From positions 27,776,001 to 27,840,000 of the forward strand of contig CM120642.1 in assembly GCA_051362555.1 (NCBI GenBank): a DNA stretch of 64,000 bases, in the 5' to 3' direction. The stretch is from Lingula anatina (Eukaryota > Animalia > Brachiopoda). This document shows, piece after piece, positions 1 through 12,445 of this stretch (position 1 is its first letter; the number at the start of each line of letters is the position of its first letter). A model generated the notes under the pieces. It was not told where the DNA came from. It saw only the letters and a program-made list of their open reading frames with translations, and made no database searches. A program made the translations under genes and the position numbers.

Positions 1-283
1 ATGATCGCTATCTCGGTTCCTTTTTCTTTGACAGCATCATAGAAAATGTTAAGGGAGAAAGTCACACATACCCACGGCGTTGTTTTGTCTTCAGCATTTC
101 CTCCTTCTTGCTTACTGCAATTATTATCGCCAATTAATGAAACCGAGAAAGCAATTAAATGATGGCACATTGAATATAATCACTAGGTGCATTTTGCTGA
201 GTGTTAACAAGATCTAACGAAACATTTTATTTCAAAATAAATTTATATGTGATTTTACCTCTGTCGTGTGTGTTATTTCAAAC

Positions 284-436
284 AATAGAACTATAAATAT
301 TTTGATGCATCTAGAAAGATCTACATAATGGTTGTTGAATTATGAGTGAATGAACCATTGGGATGGCCCACAACGTCCGACACTATATACATTATGTAGA
401 TCTTTCTAGATGCATCAAAATATTTATAGTTCTATT
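284..436. repeat. Perfect 47-bp inverted repeat with 59-bp spacer
   Basis: 284-330 AATAGAACTATAAATATTTTGATGCATCTAGAAAGATCTACATAATG is the exact reverse complement of 390-436. The spacer resembles 804-845. Confidence 0.9.
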
Positions 437-3099
437 ATTACCAAGATCTATACGGTGAATCAACATGAATCCTCAATGTTATTTCAAACAAAACGATTTC
501 CTGAAAGACCAACTTTAAAATGTATGTCTATTCAGCAAAATAATGTAATTAAATACAACTATGAGTAATGTATTTAAACTACGGCCGTATATGCGATGGC
601 CATGTGGGATTATAATTGCATACCTTGATGCAAAACAGTCTATCGTTTCTTCCACCGCGAGTCCCTTTAATTAATGTATTATATTACTCTTTACCCTTTT
701 TATTTGACACTGTCTCCGTTTCTCTCCCCTTTTCCTTTCTCTTGTAAGAAGGAGGGCAAATAATTAAGCATTCGAAATATGCATCACCAATCTTCAGAAA
801 AGAATGAGTGAATGAATCATTGGGATGGCCCACAACGTCCGACACAGCAGAATAAATTAAGTAACAGCTTTCACAGATTTAACTGCATTTAGCTGTATAG
901 CGTCACTATATACATAATCCGCTGCACGCGCGAAGCTGTTGAACAAAAGGATAGTTCTCTATGGAAGACCTTTTGTTTACATAAGTACTCTAAGGGGGCG
1001 TGCCTACCCAGGCGACAAGAGAATAAGGCTAGTCACTATATTCCGTCAAATTCGTTTAGCGACCCTATCATTATCACACTCCCTCTATTGTATTTTCTGA
1101 CGTTATAATTGTATCTAATCTTCTTACGTTAGATGGAATAAATGCACACATACATAATCTTATGACTGTATATGTAAAAATTTACGACAGGTAAAAATGT
1201 CCGACTTTTGGTCTGACAAGTGTGAAAATTCTGTCAAACTGAAGCAAACCCGTCAGACCAGAACAAAATGCATTTAATATTTTTCAACGTATTAAAATCG
1301 TAGTGTAATACTTAGCATATTTGTATTACTTTACAAATACGCTGTTAGATTATTTTTATTATCCATTTAATGTCCTACCAAACATGTGCTATGCACGAGA
1401 AGCTTATAGAAAGGCTTTTCTAAATAGCAATATATAACCCATAAATTTTCCAATTAACTTGTCGTTGAGTTCAGAAATACATAACTTTTTATTTTGTCGA
1501 TAACGCATTCAACAAGAGTTCTGAGCCGATGTACTTAAAAAAATGGATAAATCAAGCACAGTTTTAAAACCTGAATTTTATCTGATAACTTAAGAGGAGG
1601 CAATGTTTATTGAGCAGTTGTATTAAATTCTATACAGGATAACCCTGTGCAAAATACAAACATGTAGCTTAATACTTTGACATATTTACAAATAAAGCGA
1701 AAGGAGAACATTTAGTAACTGCAGAATTTATAAAAAATGTCACTGCAACATAGAGTAATGTGCAGCAACAATTTATGCATAAAAATGGAATTGCACAATA
1801 AACCACAACTGGAGACCCACAGAAAAAAGAGTGAAGCAACTATACAGACTTTTTTACATTTTGTTTTGGAGAGTTTTCCTCATATTCATGTAGATAACTT
1901 TTCGAAATATAAAATACATAACATTAAATAACAAATTTACTGATGTTTTACTGATGTGACAAGCTAAAATTGAGGGTAAATCTCCAGTATCTTTTCATCC
2001 CCATCTCCTCCTTCCATCGGTTATTTCTTTCAGTGTCTTTTTTCATTCATCATTAAATTTTAGGTTACTTGGAACAAAAAATGGTGACACATTCTGGTGG
2101 TAGGGAATATTTCCAAATGTTATTCGCGGTTCCATTGTCATTGAAAAATTACGTATCCTACACATCTTATCACCTGTTGTACACTTTAGTTCTAAAAAAG
2201 GACTAGAACTTTCATTTTGTCTGATGGGCCTCGCTCTTGGCTTGACACAAAACTCCCTAAAAATTAAATACAGACTTGACATTTAATATTGAATATTTTT
2301 TCGAAATCATAATTCATCATTTTTTCCTATTTTGCTCACTGTTAAATTAAAGCAATAATAACTCTTCCTTTGAGATTCAAAATTCCGCAAGGAATACATT
2401 GTAAACAACACATGGAAATATATAATATTACCACTGAAAAGGCTATAAATTGTAGTAAAACTAAAATCTGTACTTGTCAATAGGGCTTTCGATGCCTTTC
2501 TTCCCGGTCGTCAAGGCATCCGTTGCCAATAACTTTGGGGTGTCACGCGGATTCTCGCGTTCATTCGAGACCAAAATAACATACTGGAATGCAGACGCGT
2601 GATGCAATCATCAGACGTAAGTTGCGAGTTTTTGTACAGTGCGTCGGAAAACGAAAAAACCAGAACTGCACACATTGTAGACATAAATGCATTTTGGGCA
2701 ATAATACGAACATATCTTATGAATCTTATATTATTGTTATATAGTTATATTATTGTTGTTGTTGTCTGCTTTTCCCGCGGTTTTAAGCATCCTTGTAAAA
2801 TATCGCTTGATATTGCGAGACTATGTAGTGTCAGACAGGGCTTCGTCAGTAAAAATCTCTTAAGATTTTAACCAAAAAACAAACGTTTAGGAAAAAAACC
2901 TGGGCTCCGTATCCCGAAAGGTTCTCTATGTTGCGCACGTGCGCACGTGTCTCGATTCCATGGCCCCGTATCTCAAGAGCAAGAGCGGTGTCGCATCTGA
3001 TAATCCGAAACTTAAACTCTTGAAACTACATCAAAGTACATCTATGAAGGCATAGAGAAGGCATAGAGACAGATATGGTAATATTTATTACTTAAACTC

Positions 3100-5570
3100 G
3101 AATCGTTTGAAAGAGGAAAAACTAGAAAAGTATCGGACTGAAGCTGAGTTTCAAATATTTAGCAACTTGCACTCAGTAGTCAACATGCCTGGGGGTTCAC
3201 AGAAGAAAACTGTTCAGCCACTAATTACCCAAACAGGTATACAAGAGAAGGCAGCCAAGCGTAAAAAAGGACACATTCAGATGTGGCTAATGAGAGCCTG
3301 GAGGGGACAGACTGGGTAGTAATACAATCAGATATCATAGAAATAAAATATGCTCTTAAAATTGGAAAAGGCAGTAGAAAAACTGGCGAAGAAAAATAAA
3401 TTGCAAGAGATAGTAGAAAATATGATGGAAGATCTCATGGAGAAAATGAAAGACAGTGTGATCAAGCAGTGTACGGAACAGTACCAAGAGAAGATTGTGG
3501 AACTCCAAGATCAGCAATACTATATGTAGGTGGAAAATAACAGCCTGAAAGCTAGAATCACACAACTACAAAATAAATTGGACTACATAGAAGGCCAATC
3601 GAAGAGGAATAATGTTATTATTCATGGTATCCAGGACTCAGGGCAAGGAACAGAAGAAACGTGGGAGGCAGTCGAAGAAAAAGCAAAAACATTTATATGG
3701 AGTCGTTAGGAATGACCCCCGAAACTATAAGCAAGATGCCAATTGAAAGGGCACATCGATTGAACAAACCAAGGGGATTTCAGCGGCCAGTAATTGTGAA
3801 ATCCCTAAATTTCGAAAACGAAAAACAGTAAACTTGCTGTCATGGAATATATCCAACATAAATAGAATTCTTAATAGACGTGATATTGCAAATAGTATAC
3901 CACAACACTATGACTTCGTGTCTCTCCGAAGTTTGTACTAATGATATAGAAAAATGCAACAGTATTATGGCTGATTATGCATTATTCAGTAACCTCAGAG
4001 AAAGAAATAATTAGACTGGGAGAACAAATGGTGGTATATGCGTCTTTGCTGAAAAGAAAATACGAAAGTATATATTAGAAATAACAAAACCGTGTATTGA
4101 TAGCCTGTTTATTTTATGTACTGAAGACTTACTAGGTTATGGCAAAGACGTAATGTTTTGTTTCACATATATCCCTCCTGAAACCTCTGGTGTTTATAAA
4201 TCATTACCTGAACCAAATGGTGATTATAATCTTGGACAGTGTATGATTGAATTATCTGAGAAGTACATGTTTAACCACCCTTATCTTATTAATGCTGGAG
4301 GTTTTAACGCTAGACAGGTTTTTATAATTGATGATAGCAGTATATATATATATATATATATGCCTTTAGTTGAAAACTATGACGGAGACACTTTTAATAT
4401 AAATCGCTAATCAAAAGATGACGGGCAAAAATTAATTTGGTACGTCTTTGTTGTCCTTGTGCAAAAATTTTGGTATACATGTGTTAAATGGTAGAAATGC
4501 CCGAGTTGCTCAGGGAGAGTTCACTTTTGTACCTCATGTAGGTAAAAGCACTATTGATTATGTAATTGTACCCACTGACCTGTTCCCACAGGTAACCGAT
4601 TTTATAGTGTTGGAATGCGACCTATCTGATCATTTCCCCATTGCAGTCTCATACAGAGGCTCACGACCTATAAATATACATGATACTAAACCCATTAAAC
4701 AAAGAATTATATATAAATGGAAAACAAAATTTACGGAGGTTTTCCAAGATAAGCTACCGTGTATTAGACGCACCTACACAAACTATGATAGAAAAGTTCC
4801 ATGATACTGTAAAAGTTAACGTAAACACAGATGTTGATATTCTGTGTGATATACTATACTATGCAGCAGACTGTATGTCTTGCAAGCAGATAAGAAATTT
4901 GAAAAGGCAACCAAATTGGTGGAATGAAAATTGTGAAAAAGCCAAAGTAGAAAAATGTAAGCTATTGAATGTGTTTAGGCATACAAATTTAAATGCAGAT
5001 CTCCAAGCATATAAAATAAGTAAGAATAATTTTAAGAAAAATTGTGAGCATGCTCAAATGCAATTTAAAATCAAGACAACGGAGGACCTGTTTAAAGACC
5101 CTGGTTCTTCAAATGAAATCTGGGATCGGCTCAAAGAGTATACTTTTTCAAAAGCAGGGGAAAATAGCATATCAGCAGACAATTGGCTTCAATATTTTCG
5201 GTCTTTATTAGGAAAAGCTAAACACCCTATTTATCTCGTGTTCAAAAATGAAGCTAAACAGCTCATTGATAATCTGGAAACATTTGAAAATGAAGTAATT
5301 GATAATTTAGAAGATGAAATAAAAATGAAAAAATAATTGCTGCAATGACATACAAGTCCCCTGTTTATGTTCATTATATATCCAAGTTATGCAAACTGGG
5401 GTCTTCACGGCAAAATGGGAAGAGGCTATTATGCTCCCAATCTATAAAATAGGTGACAAAAATGATCCAAATAATTACAGAGGTATTTCTCTATTAAACG
5501 TAGTGGGGGAATATTTAGAAAAGTCCTTAATGAAAGGTTAATAAAATGGGCAGAAGATACAAATAAGTTT
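3100..5570 (+). mobile_element. Decayed non-LTR retrotransposon (RTE-X-like LINE), 5' half: ORF1, APE endonuclease, start of RT
   Basis: ORF1 remnant shows a coiled coil followed by QSKRNNVIIHGI...IERAHRL...RPVIVK (~3360-3810). Endonuclease motifs LLSWNI, YIPP, LNGR, STIDYVI and SDHFPI (~3830-4650), then WWNENC and the RT start GDKNDPNNYRGISLL (~5450-5500). Many stops and frameshifts. Clade assignment rests on motif recall. Confidence 0.85.
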
Positions 5571-5699
5571 CTCCTAGACCATAACCAACACTGTATAACA
5601 TTAATAATAAAACAACACAAACAACATATAAAGTGCATATGGACGCAGTTAGCGCACAAGTCGAAAACAAAGAACGGGAATCTTAAGTTATAAAGACCC

Positions 5700-6669
5700 A
5701 ATTTTTTACTAACAAAAAATCTGTCAGAAATTATCTGTCACATAGCCATCTTTATCCGTTACCGAACTCCACTTTCCATGTCTTTTAAATAACCTGTCTG
5801 GAACACCAGCTCTTGTGGCAGCAGTAGCAGCACCTGCTCTCAAACTATGTTAAACAAATTGTTTTATATCTTTAACAAGAGGAGAAAAAGAGGAAATAAA
5901 TAATTCTCTCATTCTAGTATATGAAATAGGCTTATCATCATCTCTAAAACGAATGCAATTGAAATGCTTGGTGACAGATCTAAAAAGATACAAATCCGAA
6001 TGCTCAAGATTCACATAAGAGAACAATTACTCTAAATTTTTAACAGGACAAAGTTTTGAATAAGCAATAACCATATGAGAACCATCTCTATAGATGTCCG
6101 TTTTGCTCTTTTCAATAAAGATCGACATGTATGAATCGTGAAACGAAACATCGCTAATCCTTAAATTTAACAGCTCTAAAACTCAAAGAAATCCTGCATA
6201 AAAAAGCAAACAAGCACATATAGCACATTGAGAATACACATTTCCTTCTTCAAAATTTGCATCAAACATTTTTCCAAAACATCTGGAGATATGGGCTCCT
6301 TTTTGCAAACTGGCTGTGACTTGCGCCTCTTATATACCTTCCAACACGATTTTTACTAAATTAGAGTCTGTAGGAGACTCTGCGCTTATAACGGCATAAA
6401 CCCATTCAAGCCCGTAAAAAGCCTGATAAACAGGACTAGAAGAATTGAACTGTTCTCCTAAGCACGACAAGTACAAAGCAATAGGAAAACCTTTTGCCCG
6501 AAAATTCCCTTGATTGCCGTTCTTCTTCGCCCATAATTCCCACTGCATGAAAGCTGAATAATAACCCTTGACTGTGTTCAATGACCGACTCTCAGACAAA
6601 AAATCCAGCAACCAATGGCATTTTACCAGCCATCTCGCCAGGAAGCTCAGAAATGTCATCCTTATAAGC
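5700..6669 (-). pseudogene. DIRS tyrosine recombinase remnant
   Basis: N-terminal SRSLNTVKGY...W...IALYL. Manual translation gives KSKTDIYRDG (~6085-6115) and the catalytic box HSLRAGAATAATRAGVPDRLFKRHGKWSS..KDGY (~5745-5850). Confidence 0.9.
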
Positions 6670-6781
6670 CTGCAAAAACAAAAAAATTAATAAGTAATTT
6701 AAAATCAGTTTCATTTATTAAGAAAAATCAAATCTGACTGCCAGCATTTTAAACGGCAAATCCACTCTACCAAACAAACCT

Positions 6782-7505
6782 CTATGAACATAACAAGCTT
6801 TTTCTCTCGGTAATTCTACATATGCTACAGCTTCCTTTATAAAACCTGCCTTTAGATAATAAAGGCCAAAAACTAGCTGAGTGCCAACAAGGTAAAAGCA
6901 CCGTGCCACAAACCTTGCATTGCATTAAATACAGTATAACTCTAGATAATACACACATTGGGGGCACAAACCAACCATTCATACCACCCCAATGAACAGT
7001 AAATGCATCAGTGCCCACCGCACCAGGAGTCCAATATCTAGAATAAAAAACTGGCAATTTATTGTTATGATCGGAGGCAAGAAAAATTCAATTTCATGCT
7101 GCCCCCAGACTGAATCTAAATAATCGAAAATACTATCTGCCACCGCCCAATCATCATAGTCTACTAATCTGCTGATTTGATCTGCATATACTTACAGAAA
7201 TCTTGCATACATTAGATACCCAAAGTTCCATTTGCTTCATACTGTTTCTGCTCAAAACAGTTTGTTCATTCCAACATTTAGCTTTAAAAATATCAAAACT
7301 CAGACATTTTGTCATAATATAAACCATATTGCAAGTAACAAAAGACATAGAAATGATCTGACCTACTAAACTAGCAACTAAACGCACATGAACTCTGCCT
7401 TTTCCTCTAAACAGAGAACGAATATCCGTTATAGTCTAACGAACTTTAAGAAGTCTGTAATCAGAATGCATAAAGTGCCTTTCTCTAAATTCAAATTATA
7501 CCCTA
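6782..7505 (-). pseudogene. DIRS RT/RNase H C-terminal part and methyltransferase-like domain remnant
   Basis: VASLVGQIISM (ORF 7154..7387) and FYSRYWTPGAVGTDAFTVHWGGMNGWFVPP...LLPCWHSASFWP (ORF 6782..7057). The latter is the DAF/PP segment typical of the DIRS MT-like domain. Confidence 0.8.
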
Positions 7506-7507
7506 TA

Positions 7508-9125
7508 GTAGGGGAGCCAAAATCCAAAAGCCTTCAAAAAAGGGTAGTAAAAAAAATTAATGATATAAAATTTTCGAACATATCGTTGGAGAGCCTGATA
7601 CCTGGGGTTTATGAATCTGCTTATTGGACAAATGGGCTCAATTGCGAAAGTGCTCAAAAATCCAAGATGGCCGCCAGCCATGGTGAATACACAGAATAAA
7701 CATCAATTATGAAAAGTGATTAATAATATTTCTTTGCTGAAGTGTAGATTACTTATATTGTGTATATATTGTGGAAATATGTACTTCCTGGGAGTCTGTT
7801 GCAATAATTTGTCAATTGGATTCAAAATGGCCGCTTCATCCAAGATGGCGGACAATATTTCACTAATTTTTTCAATTAAGTCATGTTTTCTTCAATCTAG
7901 AATTTCTTTTAATCGTGATATAAGCAAACTGTCATCAAATATAGCTTTTCTATAATATTTCACACATTTCTGTTGTCTGCATGCACTATGGAGGCTTTTT
8001 GATTAAGAGAAAAATCCAATATGGCCGCCACATGCCCCTCACCATTATGAGTCAGAAGCACAATGTATATCTTTTTGAAAGTTGAAATACCTTATTAAAT
8101 GAAGTATATTTTATTTTTATTTTACAATATGCAGGTATAGGACAATTGTTTTAAATTTTAAAGGTAAATTTGAGATGGTGTCTTGACCCAAGATGGCTGC
8201 TTTATTCAAGATGGCGGCCAAAATTTTGCCAATTTTTCAGTTAAGTCATGTTTTATTTAATCTAGAATTACTTTCAATCATGATAGAAGCAACACAAAAT
8301 CAAATATAAAATATGTACAGTATGACCTGTATTTTTCTCTCTCTGTACAGTATAAAGCTTAATGATTAGAAGAAAATCCAACATGGCCACCATGTACCCC
8401 GACTGTTATGGCCTAAAGGTGCCCACAGCATGCACCTTATTTGCAAGATCAAATATCTTCTTAAATCAAGTATATTTCATGTTTCCTTTGCAATTTATTG
8501 ATAAAGGACAATTGTTTATTTTTAAAGGTAAAGCTAAGACCATATCTTTTTTTCAATATGGCTTCTTTATCCAAGATGGCTGCCATTATTTTACCAATTT
8601 TCGCAACTGAGGCACATGTTCTATGCTCTAGAAATTATTTCAACCATGGTAAAAGCTATATTTCAAGAAATATAGATTCTCCTAAATATTTCCTACGTTT
8701 TAATATCTGTAAAGAATACGTTTAGGCCTTTTTCATTGGATTTCTCTCTAATTTATAATGGTAAGGTGTATATGGATACCCCTTACCATTATAAATCAAT
8801 GGTACCATGTGTACTTTACTGATAGTTGAAATCTCTTATTTAATGAGGTATATTTTTCAGTTGGCAGTGATATATATTTTATAGATGACATTCAATTCTA
8901 GATGGCATGTAATGAACTTTTCCTTATATATGGAGTGAATGACGTAAACTTTAAAAATTTAGGATGCTTAATTCAAGTGTGGGCTTGAATTAGGAAATTA
9001 CAATTTCACCTAACTTAGTGGATAATGCAATCTAAAGATTCCATGGTTCATGTCAGATTTACATAAGGTCGCGCAAAGAAAACCCAAGTCCACATAATGA
9101 CCAGTTAAACGATTTATTTGTAATA
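7508..9125. mobile_element. Non-coding insertion rich in CAAGATGGC (YY1-like) motifs, with internal degenerate repeats
   Basis: It interrupts the DIRS RT between ...STWFPSTEI (~9130) and GYNLNLEKG (~7505). CAA(G/A/T/C)ATGGC motifs occur at about 7663, 7823, 7840, 8018, 8190, 8207, 8379, 8554 and 8572. A 16-bp perfect inverted repeat lies at 8751-8766/8781-8796. Superfamily not determined. Confidence 0.7.
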
Positions 9126-9129
9126 AAAT

Positions 9130-9860
9130 CTCAGTACTAGGAAACCACGTTGATATTTCAACTTTAGGAACAAATCCGCTGTTGATAAGATCTTGCTTAA
9201 TTTAAAGCAATATTCTTACATCCGCTGTACTGCTAATGACAACCAAAACCATCATCTAAATACATCATCACTTCATTGCCCTCTCCTCGCCACTTTTTAA
9301 CCAGCAGCCTGGTCACTTTAGTAAAAATATAGCATGCCGAACTGAGACCAAATGTTAAAACTTTAAATATAAAAATTTTTGAAAGTATTTCCAAATTTCC
9401 AAGAAAACCTTTAAAAATTAGCGTGAGACTCAAAATTATCAATGTGATGATATACAGAATGTAAATCAAATTTGAAAACAAAAATCTCCGTTTTAAATAA
9501 AACATTACGAATTTCTTCAAATTTTACTGAAAATTTCCAAAGATGTTTATTAACATGCCGCAAATCTAAAATTAACCGCTTTTTACCGCTACTGCTAATG
9601 GCCACTGTAAGCGGGTTAACTTCAACAGATATATCTGAGCACTCACTAATAAAACCTCTGACTAATAAATCTTGTATTGCCTGCTCAACAAATGCACTAT
9701 GCAAAATAGCAGATCTATTGTTATCCAAACAAACTGATGCGGGTATAGAGAAAAAAAGGAAGCTTGTATCCATTTTCTAAAACATCAAGAATAAATTCAT
9801 ATGTGCCAATACTTTTCCAAAATGCTAATTTACTTCTTAGCCTACCTTTAACCCAGATAT
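9130..9860 (-). pseudogene. DIRS reverse transcriptase remnant
   Basis: KGRLRSKLAFW...GYKLPF, VNPLTVAISSSGKKRLILDLRHVN, VLTFGLSSACYIFTK and MYLDDG, spread over frameshifted ORFs 9721..10227, 9411..9773 and 9233..9520. Confidence 0.9.
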
Positions 9861-9949
9861 CTACATTGCCTTGCTCGTGCTCAAAATAATCAATAGTAAA
9901 AAATAATTTATCATTTTTCACATCAAAACAATACTCATCTTTAACAAAA

Positions 9950-10500
9950 TCATGGATTATTGGTTTTTGAGAATCCTGGAGCACTTCCTGGTGTTTTAGT
10001 GTAGGGACAATCTCTCCTACAATGGCCGAAGGACCCACACGCAAAACACGACCCGCTCCTTCCTTGTCCATAGGAGCTGACAGCGGAAGAAGTGGCTGGT
10101 GGTGTGAAAGAACCTGAACTGACTGCTCCTGGTGCAACACAGGGAAACGCCCATAGTTGTCCACGAAAAATAGGCTGAGCACAGTAAACAGGATAAGTAC
10201 TACTAACGTTAGATTTGCTGGAGCCATGACCTCCCTTCGAAATAGGTTTGCTCAATTACGCTTTTTTCAATGCCTTGCTTTCCGCTCTGTTAACTTTCTT
10301 TTCATCCTCAGAGTCACTGGCCAAAGGATTGGCTTCGTAAAAGCGGACAGAGTCCCACCTGTGTCAATAACTCTTCTAATTCAGTATCGAAATCAAACTG
10401 AATGCGGTTGCCTTCTTGACGGCATTTGGTTGAAATCTTTATTAGATAAAACCATGTAATTCGCTCATTAAGATTTCCAACTCAGAAGTTAATTTAGCCT
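9950..10500 (-). pseudogene. DIRS gag-like ORF remnant with CCHC zinc knuckle
   Basis: CFACGSFGHCRRDC knuckle in ORF 9950..10255. An upstream frame reads YEANPLASDSEDEKKVNRAESKALKK, a motif I recognise from YR-retrotransposon ORF1s. Confidence 0.85.
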
Positions 10501-10758
10501 TTAGGTCTTTTAACGATTCCGCCTGCGACTGCACGGACTCTAGTATTTGTATTAGCGAAACGCCCTCCGACACCACTGAAAAATGCGCGCTCCAAAATTT
10601 ACGTGTCAACTGGTCTGCGCTAACTGGTCGAATGAACAACTGTCGTAACTTACTCACAATTCTTACCAATATCACAACTAACACAATATATACAGTGTCG
10701 CCCCCTAGGAGAAAATAATTCCATTCTTATTCACTTCGCTCAACCGAATAGAATTATA

Positions 10759-12360
10759 TTTTGTGAAGAACAAAGTGGGTTTAGGAAAGGCTATAATACA
10801 ATAGATAATTGCTTCACATTGCAAGCCCTAATACAGAAATATCTTACAAAACAGAGGGGAAGATGCTATTGTATTTTTCTCGACTTTGCTAAAGCATTTG
10901 GTTGCATTGACCATACATGATTAATATATGTCTTACTGAAAACAAGGATAATACAAAGATAGTCTAAATCATTCAATCCATTCAAACCATACATTATTAA
11001 TATATGTCTTACTGAAAACAAGGTTTATACAAAGATAATCAAAATCATTCAATCTATGTATAAACAATTGAAGTCAGGTATACAGATGCAAGATGGTATA
11101 TCTGATTATTTTGATTATACCATAGGCACCAAACAAGGCTGCGTCTTAAGTCCATTTATGTTTTCTTTATATCTAAATGAATTTGTATATATGTTATGAA
11201 ATGATGAAAGCTACAGTAAAGCATTTTCGTAAATGAAGATGCACCAAACATCTCACATTTGCTCTTTGCAGACGCTGCAGTAGAGATAAGTGACACGGTT
11301 GGTAGCTTGCAAAAGCTTTTAGTAAAACTAGAAAACTTCCGCAAAAAATATGACATGATGATCAACATAGATAAAACAAAAATCATTGTATTCAAACGAG
11401 GTGGTTATTTAAATAAACATGAAAAATGGTTCCTAAATAATAGGGAGGTAGAAATTGTTAGCCATTATAAGTACCTAGGGCTGATATTCTCAGCTTTTTG
11501 TCCTGGAGCAAAGCTAAGAGTACCCTAGCACAGCAAGGAGAAAAAGCCATGAATATTCTGTTATACTTTATCAGAAAATTTGACGTGCCTTTGACTCAGT
11601 CGCTATATTTGTTTGATCATGTTGTTGTACCAACTCTGTGCTATGAAATTTGGGGCTTCGAGAAAAATGTGAACAAATAAAAATAGTTCAACGTAAATTC
11701 TGTAAAATGTATTGGGTTTGAGTTCAAGGACATTAAATGTCGCGGTCCTGGGAAAAACTGGTAGATTACCATTGTAATTTTGGAGAGCATATAATGCTTC
11801 CAGCGCCTTGCCTCCACTTCATTCTTTTGAATAAACGTTGTTTAAAAAAAAACCATTATATCCAGTTTACACTATACGATGTGTTGAGTATTAGCAGAAA
11901 TTGCTTAGGATGGAACCAGAGAGGTAACCCAGAGCTTGCTATAATATGTTGCGTGCACTAGATGAACCTGGAAGGACTAACTGGGTGACTAAAGTGAAAC
12001 AAATAATTTATATGTATGGTTTTGGTTATTCATGGATATCACAAAATTTGGGTGATATAAATACCTTTGTTAGCCAATTTTTACTAAGGCTGAAGGACTG
12101 TGTTAGACAAAATTGGGTTGAAAGCATGCAAAATAGTCCAAAACTTTGTGAAAACTATGCATTGTTTAAGAGTTTGTTAGAACCTGAAAAATATTTTTTT
12201 GATGTTAATGTTAGGAAATACAGAGCAGCATTTTCAAGATTCAGGGCTTGCAATAGAAACTGGTAGACATGAAAATTTACAAAAAATAGGTTGTGTAAAT
12301 ATTGCTAGGACAAAAAATATTTATGAAATTGATAGCATATGGAAACACAATCTAGGCTTG
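10759..12360 (+). mobile_element. Decayed RTE-X-like LINE, 3' half (RT and C-terminal domain), continuing 3100-5570
   Basis: FCEEQSGFRKGYNTIDNCFTL, FLDFAKAF, QGCVLSP, LLFAD, INIDKTKIIVF, YKYLG, EIWGF, WVTKVK...GFGYSW and LAIETGR. There is a ~77-bp internal tandem duplication at 10910-11055. Confidence 0.88.
11774..11851 (+). mobile_element. 78-bp 5'-truncated poly(A) retroposed insertion with 6-bp TSD
   Basis: TSD ACCATT at 11768-11773 and 11852-11857. AATAAA at 11830-11835 is followed by an A-run. Removal restores the LINE codons GRLPLY. Confidence 0.75.
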
Positions 12361-12377
12361 TTACATACCCTCCCTCT

Positions 12378-12379
<2 letters not shown>

Positions 12380-12441
<62 letters not shown>
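12380..12441. repeat. (TA)n microsatellite
   Basis: Direct read. Confidence 0.95.

Positions 12442-12445
<4 letters not shown>

Larger units (their letters stand above)
5568..10761 (-). mobile_element. DIRS-order tyrosine-recombinase retrotransposon, decayed, full span
   Basis: Minus-strand order is gag-like, RT, RNase H, methyltransferase-like, tyrosine recombinase. TTT occurs at both junctions (5568-5570, 10759-10761). Short inverted repeat TTTCTCCTAG (5568-5577) / CTAGGAGAAA (10705-10714). Removing the element rejoins the host LINE RT frame. Confidence 0.92.

Noticed and set aside
640-670. Kolobok-like right terminus GTCCCT|TTAA
   Set aside because: No partner terminus is visible in the window.
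1380-2300. Possible very old Mutator-like transposase remnant
   Set aside because: Only vague motif echoes across broken frames and inconsistent strands. It would need a TBLASTN/HMM hit.
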